From Eledone cirrhosa (lineage: Eukaryota), in assembly GCA_964016885.1 (NCBI GenBank), contig OZ024740.1, positions 390,972,001 through 391,036,000 of the forward strand: a DNA stretch of 64,000 bases. The letters run 5' to 3'. Position 1 is the stretch's first letter, and each line of letters begins with the position of its first letter. Positions 12,646 through 24,400 of this stretch are shown here, piece by piece. The position numbers and the translations under genes are program-made. The notes below the pieces were generated by a model, which was not told where the DNA came from, searched no databases, and saw only the letters and a program-made list of their open reading frames with translations.

Positions 12646-13229
12646 ATATATACTCTACACACACAAAATCGTTTTTCTCACTATTTAATGTACTAGAGTG
12701 CACTCTGCTTCTCTTTTTGGTTGGTATGTTAATGATGTTGGCTTAATTAAAGTATTGAGTGAGGAAACTGTTGGAAATACATTGGTTCTTCCAATGACTT
12801 TGTTTCAATGTGTGTGTGTGTGCGTGTGCGTGTGTGCGTGTGTGTGCGCGCGCGCACTATAATATACACACATGTACACACATTCTTTTTCCATATCAAA
12901 TAACTGAATACTACATCATCCACTCAAGATATCACCTATACTTCACCTCTTATTCTCTACTCAATAGAGTAAATGTCTTGAGTATTTTAATCATATGGAA
13001 GCTCCAGTCTTGAAATCTCGCTATTTCTCCGGTGACAGGAGACATGATTTGAATTCAGAACACAAGCAACACAAACACATACCACAATTCAGCTAATTTA
13101 GTCCTGGACTGTTACTGTATCAACCTTCTTAATGGATGAAAGGCAAAGTTGACCTCAGCAGAATTTTGACCCAGAAGAAATACTGCAAGATTTAAACCAA
13201 CACACTAATAACTCTGCCAATCCTGCAAT

Positions 13230-13640
13230 AGCAAACCTGGGTACTGCCACCCGTAATGCAGAGAAGAGGAAGATAACAAAATACTGAGGCCTCACCAACT
13301 GCTTCCTTTTCTTGCCAGTCGAGAGCGCAGGTGTCCTCTGTCCCGAAACTGCCGTTTTCCTCCATAAAATCAAAAAGACAGAAACCCACCAGAGGAAGGA
13401 ACTCATAAGGTGGAGTGGTTGTTACAGTGGGTGTTGCTGGCCATCATCAATGGCAATGCCTTCGCCATTTTCTCTGCAAGGTGCAGCTGAAACATACCAC
13501 TCAGACTATTCTCTTGCTTTCTTTCGTTGCTTAAATTCTTTTGTTCATTTTTTTCTTTTTTTTTTGTTTCTCTATTGCCATTTATATTGTACAGTTTTTA
13601 TCACATTTTCTCTTTTTATTTAGAAATTATACCTGCTATT
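13230..13640 (+). mobile_element. 3' fragment of a CRE-like non-LTR element (restriction-like endonuclease C-terminus + pyrimidine-rich 3' UTR)
   Basis: Decayed AEKRKITKY..FLFLPVESAGVL..FLHKI..LAIINGNAF; paralogous to 23890 and 44850. Confidence 0.6.
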
Positions 13641-13681
13641 TATATTTTCATATAAACAAACACACAAAACTCTGAAGTTAC

Positions 13682-13831
13682 CTGCATAAGTTTTCTGGAG
13701 AGATCGTTTGTTAGGTATTCTTCTTCTTGCTCATAGTTCATAGCCAAGGCTTCTTTTTCCTTCCTTAGACTCTGTATTTTCTTCAGCAAAGTATTACAGA
13801 TAAACTCTTCCTCTTGTTCAGCTCTCGCTTG
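13682..13831 (-). CDS. CCDC6: Coiled-coil domain-containing protein 6, internal 150-nt exon (equivalent to vertebrate exon 2)
   Basis: [50 protein letters not shown] matches the CCDC6/DUF2046 segment from recall; acceptor ctttttcag| and donor |gtaact; phase 0 at both ends. Confidence 0.93.
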
Positions 13832-13929
13832 CTGAAAAAGACATAAAATCAAAATAATATTAACTTATTATACACATATATATATATATATGCATTAATT
13901 TCAATTCTTCTTAACTGCATTGCTTCTTC

Positions 13930-14385
13930 TATCCAGGTAAACTGACATCTGACTGTTCAAAGACTTCAAAAGTAACAAGTAGTGATTTCTTTTGAAAATG
14001 AACAAAATTTGGCATTGTGGTGTTATCAAGTATCTGCAGAAAAAGGGTTTAGCCCCCAAGTACATTCATGCTGACATGGTTATTACAGCTTTAACAGTGC
14101 AAACGTAGGCAGCTTAATTTAGAAGGGGAATGGAGAGTCTTCAAGGTGACCCAAGATCTGGACATCCTGCAACTGCCACCACAAAGGAAAACATTGATGT
14201 GTTCACCACATGGTGATGGATGACAGGCAATCGACTATAAATGAAATGATCACATCACAGGAAAATCTGACATTGTTTGAGACAGATCCAGCTGGTTTCC
14301 TTGAACGTTTCCTAACCCAGAATGGAAGTTGGGTTCATCACTTTGAGCCAGAGACAAAGAGGCAATCCATGCAGTGGAAAGTGTA
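13930..14385 (+). mobile_element. Mariner transposase remnant
   Basis: VIKYLQKKGLAP..IHADM, DPRSGHPATATTKENI, FLERFLTQNGSWVHHFEPETKRQSMQWK, with stops and deletions. Confidence 0.85.
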
Positions 14386-15564
14386 CTGGCAGTGCCCCAG
14401 CATGGCCTCAGCCTCTTGGCTGAAACAGGTAATAGAATTATATATATATATATATTGTTTAATGTCTATTTTTCCATGAATGTGAGGGGGTGATATTTGC
14501 ATAATATGAATATATATATATATATATATCTTGTAAATATATCACAAAAACACATACAGACACATCAAATAAACATAGCATCATGTAACACAACATAGCA
14601 TAAAATATTGTTATTGTATTACTTCCCGTGCTTCATTCCTCCTCCACCTCTCAAGAAAGAAAGCAGGTTAATTGATTGTATCAGCTATTAGCCATATGTA
14701 ATTAACAGCTTGTGTCAAGAACTGTAATTAATGACTTTACACAAGATTAATCTTCAAATCCATCCTTTTCATTCCACCATTCCACTATTTCAGGCAGCAA
14801 TATTTTCTAGAACTTTCCTTCCACATGACATATGCAACAATTCATTCACATAAAGATTCAGCAGATTCTCTTGTTTGTTTGCTCATTTCTTCTTGTAAAT
14901 TTTAAATTGATTTTACAAATTAATTAGGGTCGTTACTGCTGTTGAACTAATATAGTCTTCCACTATCATAGCTGTGGTAAACACCATACAGGTTCTATAT
15001 TGGAACATCTTTCTATCTACATCTCCACTATCTCTTTAAATGAAACAGAACATTAATTATAATAACAACAGCATTTAAGGCCATTTTCACTTGCTAAAAC
15101 AAGAATATTAGCTTTGTAGGTTCCATGACAAACTTCATATTAAGAAGCAATGTGTTACAGCTCAGCTAGGTACTCTTTCTAGTGTCAACCCTTTTTTTTT
15201 TGTCACTTCTAACAACAAACAGAGACACACTGTACCATACTAAACTGGATACTTCACACCATACAGACATACACACACATCTCATCACACACATACATAC
15301 ACAAGACACCATGCACAGATAATCACACATCACACCATACAGAAGACATACACACACATCTCATCACACCATGCACAGATAATCACACATCACACCATAC
15401 AGACATATCACACAGACATCATTTCTCTCCATCTGAAGTTAGTTTTTACTTCACTTCAAGAATATTTTCCAGTTGTTTGAAAATATATATATACAGATTA
15501 AGCTGGCTTCATGGGAGGATTCTTGGGTGTTTTAATGATAAGTGTCTCAGACCTATCATTTAAA

Positions 15565-15665
15565 GCAACATGAAATGAAGCATCTTGCTCAAGAACACAA
15601 TGCACCACATGACCCAGAAGTTGAACCCAAAGCCTTATGATTGTAAGCCCTAACCACTAGGTTGT
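15565..15665 (-). mobile_element. tRNA-derived SINE head, family B (cctagtggttagg..ggttcgattc..ttgagcaagacacttcatttca)
   Basis: A/B-box-like head; other copies at ~18150-18305(-), 21690-21800(-), 21870-21975(-), 34155-34290(+), 42380-42455(-), 57040-57150(+), 58030-58135(-), 60070-60180(+). Confidence 0.7.
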
Positions 15666-16294
15666 GCTGTTTAAAGGTGTTACAGCCATAATTATCACAT
15701 CTTTTTGTGTATCTAGAAATCTTTCTTTTTTCTTTTCAGTCTGTAGAATACCATTTGATGGAATCTGGCTACTATTTCTAACAGGTGAGCAACTACAGAG
15801 ACTGCATTGTTGTAGAAAGACTTGTGAATAAAATTGTTAAACTAATAATTAATGGCCTATATCATAAGTAAGTGAAATAGCCATGTGATTATAGTACCAG
15901 ACTAACTGAATTAAAGATTCATATCTTACTGTAGGCCATTCCATAGAATCTTTGGATAAGAGATGATTCTACTCTTAGATGGTATCTGCAATAGCTATTT
16001 ACTATTGACTAGCATAATAGCCATCAAAAGTAATGAGGTTTACTTCAGAACATTGTGTCTGCTCACCTGACAGAACTGCTTTCTTTGTTAGAAATAGCTA
16101 ACTTTTTTTTTTTCCTTTTCTAACTCACTTTGCACAAAACTGGAAGATATACTGCAAGGTAGCCCACCTAACACTTTAACAATTCCATTAATTCACTACC
16201 CTTGATTGAAAAGCATAGTTGACCTCAACAGGATATGAACTTAAAGAAAGGGCAGAGAAGCTAGAATGAATACAGCAATACAATGAACCTCTTT

Positions 16295-16597
16295 GATACC
16301 AAACCACCTGAAACTACCCCTGATTCTATGATACATACCAAACCACCTGAAACTACCCCCGATTCTATGATACATACCAAACCACCTGAAACCACCCCTG
16401 GTTCTATAATACCAAACAACCTGAAACCACCTCTATGACACCAAACAACCTGAAACCACGCTTGGTTCTATGATACCAAACCACCTGAAACTACCCCTGG
16501 TTCTATATACCAAACCACCTGAAACTACCCCTGGTTCTATAATACATACCAAACCACCTGAAACTACCCCTGGTTCTATATACCAAACCACCTGAAA
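16295..16597 (+). repeat. ~37-41 bp minisatellite (ataccaaaccacctgaaactacccctggttctat) derived from the TTAA-MITE end
   Basis: About 8 tandem copies; unit matches MITE subterminal sequence (e.g. 42120, 44188, 45932). Confidence 0.85.
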
Positions 16598-17739
16598 ATA
16601 CACATTTTCTTTCTACCCATTTCTTACCCATTCTCTTTTTATTAAACTGGTCTTTCGAACATAACTTAACGTCCTGTACGACATGAAACCACATTAGCAA
16701 CACATTGCTGAGCAAGATTGGTTACTCAGACACATTTGGTTTTAGTCCATGACAACGTGGAAGATAAATGTAAAATAATGATGAAAGTAGTGATGATGTT
16801 GATAATGATGATGAAAATTAGCAAAGAAAAGATGACAAAGTTAAAGAATACATCAATATTTATAATTAACAACTATTTCATTGGTGATGTTTTAACACAA
16901 CCTTGAACTTGCCTCCTTAATACAATGAAATTAGTGTCTTTCAATTCTTGAATCAAGAACACAGTAAAACAAACAAGCTAGTAAACAATCAAAGACATTT
17001 GCCATGTAATATAAAACTGTTACAGATGTAATTTAGAAATGAAGAGGAAGAAAAACAATCTCTTTCAGAAATGTCTTCAATATAATATCAAATATTAACT
17101 GTAAAATCTTGATAATTTAATGTCATGTCTCCTCCAAAGTAATGTGAAATTAAAATAACCTGAAAGTGTTTATTTTACATGATTTTGAATTTTTTTTTTC
17201 TTCTCATGAAATACAGAAACCTGAATCAACCCTCAATGTCATGACAACAGTGAGCATAATGCGAGAGGGTGAACAAGGGAGAACTGCTCCTCCTCAGCAG
17301 AACATTTCCTTCAACACCAAGACAAGGGGCATAACATGAGGGGGGGGGGGAGTGCTCTTGTTTCACGCATTTCCTTCAACACCATAACAACAGGAGCATA
17401 ACAAGACGATGAAGGGAGGAATTGCTCCTACTTAGCACAACCTTAAGCATATCCTCACACCTTTTAATTAAGGTGAGGGAGCAGCAAACAATGTTCTTGC
17501 CCCAGGGGCTATCCTTACTATGCAACTAGCTAGTCATCTTCATACAGAACGATTTTCTAATACAGGGTATTCAATAAAACAAAAAAGTGGGGAGTAATAA
17601 TTGTCATTCAAAGATATCTCAGGATTAGAATATCAATCTTAATCCATCTGAAATTTAATAACATTTGGTAAGAATTTTTATTTATATCATCATTGTTATT
17701 TTTTTTGTGGGGAGGGGGTATGCTGCTTGTTTGAGAAGT

Positions 17740-18090
17740 GCTATGATGAGAAATATAGGCGAGGAACATGGAGCAACAGAGAAAGCTGGAGAGAATGGAA
17801 ATGAGAATGAGGTGGATGAGTGGAGTATTACTGAGAAAGAGGGAAACAAACAATGAATTGTAGAGAGTGATGTGCGTAAAATCAGTGATAAATGTTCTGA
17901 AGAGAAATGGGATGAGATAAATGACAGGGTCATAGGAGTGATGGGAATAAATGTGGAAGGACAGAGAGAAAAGGGAAACCAAGTAATATATGGTTAAATG
18001 AGATGGAAGAGGAGGAAATGAAAGTCAGGGTTTGATGAGAAGAGATGAAGAGTGGGACAAAATTCAAAAAATGATCATGGATCAACAAAG
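17740..18090 (+). mobile_element. Highly decayed RTE-type LINE C-terminal fragment
   Basis: GVLLRKRETNNEL..INVLKRNGMR..INVEGQREKGKP..W, resembling the RTE C-terminus. Confidence 0.45.
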
Positions 18091-18520
18091 ATAATGTCTG
18101 CTAAAGCAGGGAGATTCAGCATGACATCAGAGAGTATGGCTGGCACCTTGAATTACAGCTACAATTCATTTTTGCCAACTGAGTGAACAAGAGCAGCAAT
18201 AAAGTGTCTTGCTCAAGGAGACAATGCGCCACCTGCTCTGAGAATTGAACTCATGGCCCTACGATTGTGAACCCAGCATCCTAACCACTAAGCCATGTGC
18301 CTTCACACACACAGACTAAAATCCTGCTTCACTGTGTGTTAAATTATAGTTGAATACTAAAAGTCACTCTCTAGCAACCAAGCGAACAGTGCATACTGTA
18401 CTGATTAAATTACTGTAATCAAGAATATCTTCCCTATTCTCAAATGCTGATTGGTCAACTTTCAATAAAGCCACCTAGTGGTTCATCTCTATGACAACCT
18501 AACAACACAACATAACACTC

Positions 18521-18638
18521 TCTCTGATGATCTGTAATTGTAAGATCTTTCAACACAATGTTCAGTAATTTTGTGTTATATAATTACCAATTTAGTCTGA
18601 TGCAGGTGTTATGCAATTATAGTGAAACACGTGTCAGA
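18521..18638 (+). ncRNA. Type I hammerhead ribozyme motif (Penelope-like) with long stem II
   Basis: TCT-CTGATGA (18524-30) ... GAAAC (18624-28)-ACGT-GTC-AGA; palindromic stem III ACACGTGT; stem II base ctgtaattgta/tgcaattatag; AATAAA at 18645. Confidence 0.55.
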
Positions 18639-18750
18639 ATTATTAATAAACAACCCCAACCCCTCACTATATATATAACCACAAATTTGAAATCACAAAC
18701 ATCAGTAAATATTTGTTGTTAGTTATATATTAATAAATCTACAACCCAAC

Positions 18751-18788
<38 letters not shown>

Positions 18789-18950
18789 TATAGTTATGTA
18801 TACACTATATACAACTGTAAACAGGAAAGGTCAGTAATTTATTACTACCTTATTATCAGTAAGAAAAATAGCTCAATGTAAATACATCAGATGCTTTACA
18901 GAGCAGGAATATAAATTACACAATAATCAAAACTGCTCAAATCATTTTAT

Positions 18951-18997
18951 TGCTGACAATCGTTTCTTCCAAACTGTCGTTTGGAATCATCGGAGGA
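18951..18997 (-). ncRNA. Minimal type I hammerhead ribozyme motif (copy on the CCDC6-sense strand)
   Basis: Reverse complement reads TCCT-CCGATGA-TTCCAAAC-GACA-GTTTGGAA-GAAAC-GATT-GTC-AGCA-ATAAA; one mismatch in stem I. Confidence 0.55.
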
Positions 18998-19344
18998 GTA
19001 GCAATGCTAATATGCCTAATACCATTGCTTGTTTCCTTCCTGTATATGACTAATGCATTTGCACTCTCTTTACGCTTGCATATGTACTGCTGTGTCCTCG
19101 TTTTACGAGTAACTTTCTGCCTTAATGCCTCTTTAATTGTTATACTATTCCCTTATAATCTGTCGCTTGCATTCCACTCTGTACCTTTTTAATTTTTAAT
19201 TTTAATTATTGTACAATTCTCTTGTAATCTATGTCACATCCATTCCACCCTGTAAATACGAAACTGTTGTTGACATTAATATCCATGTATCTATATGATT
19301 GTTCAGTTGAATAGGAGGTTAATTATATGTACAAACATTGCTAC

Positions 19345-19391
19345 TGCTCCGATGATTCCAAACGACAGTTTGGAAGAAACGATTGTCAGCA
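19345..19391 (+). ncRNA. Minimal type I hammerhead ribozyme motif
   Basis: Stem I TGCT/AGCA; core CCGATGA (U4C variant); perfect 8-bp stem II TTCCAAAC/GTTTGGAA; GAAA; short stem III; GUC triplet 19385-87; AATAAA follows. Confidence 0.65.
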
Positions 19392-19769
19392 ATAAAATGA
19401 TTTGAACATAGCTTTGATTATTGTGTAATTTATATATATATATATATATATTATTCATAGTGTATGAAATTATACCCGAAATGTAATAAAGATAACATTT
19501 ACCAGCACACCAACATTTTTTAGACTCTTATCATGTCTTATCTAGAGTTGTGTATTTTAAAGTGTTTAATGTTTATCTACAAATAATGTTATGCCAGACC
19601 TTTTGTTAACTCTTCCCATCCTGTAATTATGTAGCAAGAACTATAAAAATTTTAAAAAAAACCATTAATTCAAATGCTTATAGTTTCTTTACAAGTGGAT
19701 AGTGAAAAGTTGCAAATCAGTTATATTACTAAATCCCTTCAAATACCTGATCTTTACCCACTTATTCCT

Positions 19770-20250
19770 GAGAGGGTCATGTAAGCAGAGTCCTCAAGTT
19801 TTCCTTCCAGCTGGTCCCGTCAGAAGCAACCATCTCCAATTGATCCAGCTGGATTCCCAAGTGAAGCCAGCTGGATTCCCAAGTGAAGCCAGCTGATATT
19901 ATGGATGTTATCCAACCATCTTGCTTGGGATCTACCCCTAGGTCTCCTGCATGATGGTTTTGCCCGTAAAATCTGCCCAACGATTCTTTCCTGAGATATT
20001 CTAACCAGATGTCCATTATATTGGAGCTATAATCTCTCAATTTGGAGAAGTAACTCTAATTGGAGCGACTGATCTGAGTTATGCACTCTGCCAAGTAGTG
20101 TTACTCCAAAGACCCTTCGGAGGTACCCTATTTCAACAGCTTATATTCGCAATTGTATTCTTTCGGTCTTTGCCCCAAATTTATGACCATAGCTAAGGGT
20201 TGGCATGAACAAGGAATTGAAAATAGCGAGCTTGGCTTTTACACCTACCT
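19770..20250 (-). mobile_element. Decayed RTE/Rex3(Expander)-like LINE C-terminal fragment
   Basis: Minus-strand KAKLAIFNSLFMPTLSYG..AVEIGYLRRVFGVTL..IER..GHLVR..RRPRGR..RWLDNI across frameshifts. Confidence 0.6.
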
Positions 20251-20309
20251 CCCTTAATTATTTTCAAAATTAATTGAAACCCAAAGGCAGTGTTTTTCAT
20301 TAGAAATGT

Positions 20310-20440
20310 GTATTTCTAATGGTCTTCGAGAGATGGTCTGGTTAATACATTCTAATGGTGTGGGAGAGATGGTCTGGTTAATACATTCTAATGGTCTTCG
20401 AGAGATGGCTGGGACAACAACATGTTTCAATGGTCTTGGA
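20310..20440. repeat. ~36 bp tandem repeat (tctaatggtcttcgagagatggtctggttaatacat)
   Basis: About 3 copies. Confidence 0.75.
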
Positions 20441-20460
20441 GATTTCTAACATAGTGATTT

Positions 20461-20967
20461 CTAAATACAAAGTAAAACCTACTACAATCAGTAGGCATCT
20501 TTAACAAAATACACCCCCGTCCCACCACCCCCACCCCATCCACACCGCCCCTTTCAATGTAAAGTTATGTTGGTGCCACAACATCCAGGCCGAAACAAAT
20601 GAGATTGTGTAGGTGTCACGACAAAAAAACACAGTCCACGCTGTAATGTGGCCGTGTAGGCAACACGGTAAAACCTCCCAGCCCCACACTGTAAATGTGG
20701 TTGGTGTTAGGAAGGGCATCCAGCTGTAGAAAACCTGCCAGACAGTCCACGCTGTAATGTGGCCGTGTAGGCAACACGGTAAAAACCTCCCAGCCCCACA
20801 CTGTAAATGTGGTTGGTGTTAGGAAGGGCATCCAGCTGTAAAAAACCCACCAGACAGTCCTATGCGAGCAAGACAATCACTCTTGCCTCAAGTGGGAAAA
20901 CCCCCCGTCCAAACCCATGCAAGCGTGGGACACGGACGTTAAACGTTGATGATGATGATGATGATGA
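20461..20967 (+). mobile_element. Stand-alone copy of the RTE 3' UTR + (GAT)n tail
   Basis: Near-identical to 3354-3867, including the duplicated ~112 bp unit; begins at the ORF stop codon. Confidence 0.92.
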
Positions 20968-21144
20968 AAATGAAGCGAGGACAATATACAGTGTTTGATA
21001 TATGTTTAATATGTGTGTGTAATAAAAATAAAGTAGATCATCATCATCTATATATTATTGAGTATTGATTTCTCATTTGGCCTCTGCTGTATTCTAGCCA
21101 GCAATAAAGAAAAAATGATGGTGTACAGTGATATTGATGTTGGA

Positions 21145-21565
21145 TGTTACAGCTCACACCTCCTCTGCCAGTTTAAGTGACCTCCTACAAGGTTGCATCA
21201 CATAGGAAGTTTCTAGGGTGTTTCAATGAGAAGGATCCCAGTCGTATCATATTGTTACAGGTCACACCTATGTCAATTTAGCTGACATCCTACAAGGTTG
21301 CATCCCATAAGAGCTTTCTAGGATGTTTTAATGATAGTGATCCCTGTCCTATCGTGTTATTGTTACAGCTCACACATATGCGGGTTTAGCAGACATCCTA
21401 CATGGTTGTATTGCATAAGAGTTTTCTCAGGTGTTTTAATAATAGGAGCCCCCAGTCATCATATTGTTACAGCACACACCTATGTAAGTTTAGCTGACCT
21501 CCTAATAGGCATCTCATTGTAGATTTCTATGATGTTTTAATGATAAGAATCCCAGTCCTACAGGG
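21145..21565. repeat. ~104-108 bp tandem repeat, 4 copies, SINE-associated unit
   Basis: tgttacag at 21145, 21253, 21361, 21465; monomers at ~15500, 57910 and 60430(-) lie next to family B SINE heads. Confidence 0.75.
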
Positions 21566-22514
21566 TTGTTAGAAATTCTAGAGAAAGCTGGATGTCAGGT
21601 CTTCAGTGAAGAAGCCTTCCACCCCACCCTACCTTCATGCAAGTGTTTCAGCCCTTAACACTTTCAGGGGATTCCAATCCTTTCATGAAAAGCAACATGA
21701 AATGAAGTGTCTTGCTCAACACAACATGCTGCTTGGTCCAGGAAACGAACCTATGACTTTATGATTACAAGTCCAACACCCTAACCACCAGGCCACACAC
21801 TTCACATGCATGTTGTTGTGACAGTTCATATCTATGAGATCACATAGGAGACCTCAATCTTATGGAAAGTCACATGAAATGAAGCATCTTGCTCAAGAAT
21901 ACAAAAACACCATCTGGTCCAGAAAACGACCTCATGACCTTGAATCCAACAGCTCAACCATTAGGAGACATCTTCACTGTACAATATATAAACAGCTCAA
22001 CAGTTTATATCTTCCATTAGATGGTATCTATAACACAACAGAGCATACATAACAATAGCTTTTAAAACTGAGGAGGAGGAGGGGGTGCAAAGCAAAATCA
22101 AACATATTTAATGTCAATATCATAAAAATCATATTTAATAAGACAAATCATTTTTCCCATGATGATTAAATCCAAGATTCAGACAACAGTCTTTGGTTTA
22201 TTTTAGAACAAAGAAATATTAATGAGATAGGTAGGATAGAAATGGCTTCTACAGGATTAGCACTATTTCATTTAGTTAAAAATCATTAAGAAAACACCTA
22301 GACAACCAAATGAAACAGCGCTAGCCTTGTAGAAGTCTGTAATCTCTCTACTTAACATATTCACCACCATATTTAACTGTGATCCTTTTCTGTTCCTCTA
22401 TAGGAAGCAATTGTATGTACGTGTGTGTGTATCCAATCCATGTTAGCATAGAATGTGGATATAAAATAGCAAGTGATGATGATATATATGTGTAACAATG
22501 TATGCTGGGACACA

Positions 22515-22518
<4 letters not shown>

Positions 22519-22578
<60 letters not shown>

Positions 22579-22646
22579 ATGTATAACAATGTATGCTGGG
22601 ACACCACCTTATATATATATGTATATTTATGATATATTTACATTCT

Positions 22647-22670
<24 letters not shown>
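22519..22670. repeat. (TA)n and (CA)n microsatellites with a local duplication (gtaacaatgtatgctgggacac)
   Basis: Direct reading. Confidence 0.85.
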
Positions 22671-22677
<7 letters not shown>

Positions 22678-23889
22678 TTATATTAAACCAAAAATGTCTT
22701 CCTTTTGAAAATAAAGCAAGTCAAAACAGAAAAAAGAAGGGGAGAGAATGTAGGTGTGCAACTGCCATGTTTTTATATTGCTCATCTTAGGACAAGAGAG
22801 GTAGGAGGAGGAGAGAGAGAGACAGGGACGGATAGAGACGTGCACGTGTGGAGAGAGAGTGAGAGAAATAGACATATATATATGGAGAGCGAGAGAGAGA
22901 GAAATAGACATATATATATATGTATGGGGGGGAGAGGGAAAGACAGATGTATGGCTAGGTGGATAGGTTCTACCTACTATGATTTCCATTTTTTTTTTTT
23001 TTCTATAGTATTTTTCTCAATTCCTATTCAGCATTTTTTAAAAATGCAATAAAATCAAAGCAAATAAAAGATCTGTTTTTGGCACCACCCAAAATATTTC
23101 AACATTCTTATTCCAAATTGAGCAGCCAGACAGCAGGTATTCTGCATTTATGATATTTCACAAGCTAATATTTTGCAAAGCTATTTTCCTTCTGATCACA
23201 TAAATAACACACATTTAAAAATTGCTGAAGAAATAATTCATCTGATTCAATTCTTCAAAATTACTTCCCAGCCAATAAATATGTATTTCAATAGAATTGG
23301 AACAAAGTGGACCTCTGCTGATTTCGACAAAGGTAGTTGTGTTCTATCTATGTAGAGTTCTTACCCTGATGCTAGGGTAGCTGAGATATATGATAGCATA
23401 CCATGGACTCACTGACAATCAAATCTGGTATTTTATCAAACTCACAAAATAGTTAACTGCTTCATGTTTTCTTTTCTGTTTAACACTTTGTAGGCGCCTA
23501 TTTAAATTAAAATTTTCCAACATTATATAAGAACCATATGTTAAATTAGTATCTTAGTAATGAAATAAAGATTTTCTAAATATCTCAAAATTCTTCATTA
23601 ATTAACTGAAATCTCTCAGAATTTTCTATTTTCAAAATTATTTGAAAATCATAGGCAATGTTTTTCATTAGAAATATGATAATAGAAGTGTAAATTTTTA
23701 AATAGACCCCCCCTCCCAGTGCCTATTATACGTTTCTGTATATTCACTTATATAAGTCTACAAGAATTTAACCCCTTGTGTTGAACAAAAAACAATGCCT
23801 ACGATTTTCAAATCATTTTCAAAATAAATCAAGAATTTGAAGGGATTTAGTAATATAATTAACTCACTCCCTTAATATGGGGATTGGAT

Positions 23890-24400
23890 CATACCAAGAT
23901 TTGTCCAGCCGCTTCCTCTTCACACCGGTCGCTGTTGAGACCTCAGGCACGCTTGGACCTCTGACTGCCGAGCTCCTCTATAAAATCAGATCATCAGCAG
24001 CCTGTCAGAGGAAGGAGCCCAGCAAGGTGGGGTGGCTGTTGCAGCGGATGTCGCTGGCCATTGTCCACGGAAATGCCTTTGCAGTTTTGTTTATGGGGCG
24101 CAGCCCAAACACTGCCCCAAGTATAGAGCCTACCATCCCCCCTCCTTTTCTTCTATGGCTTCATAGTCTTTGCTTTTCCCCTCCTTTTCCTCTTATTTAT
24201 GGCATTTATAGCCCTTTCTCCTATTTTCCTATACAATTAGATTTGCCCTTCTTTACCTCTTACTCCTCTGTTCATTGCTTGGTTTTGTTTTTATCCTTTT
24301 TTTTTCTTTTTATTTCATATTTCCATCAATATTTACAATGCTATTTATACAACTGTAAATTGATTTATTGCCTGTAATTCTATTAAATTATAAAACAAAT
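23890..24400 (+). mobile_element. 3' fragment of a CRE-like non-LTR element (REL endonuclease C-terminus + 3' UTR)
   Basis: YQDLSSRFLFTPVAVETSGTLGP..WLLQRMSLAIVHGNAFAVL, the FxPxAxETxG..QRxSxAIxxGNA pattern of CRE-clade ORF ends. Confidence 0.7.

Larger units (their letters stand above)
18910..19434. mobile_element. Penelope-like inverted pseudo-LTR pair / foldback element (~97-bp arms), each arm carrying a hammerhead
   Basis: 18910-19006 is a near-perfect reverse complement of 19336-19434; right end abuts (TA)n. Confidence 0.7.
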
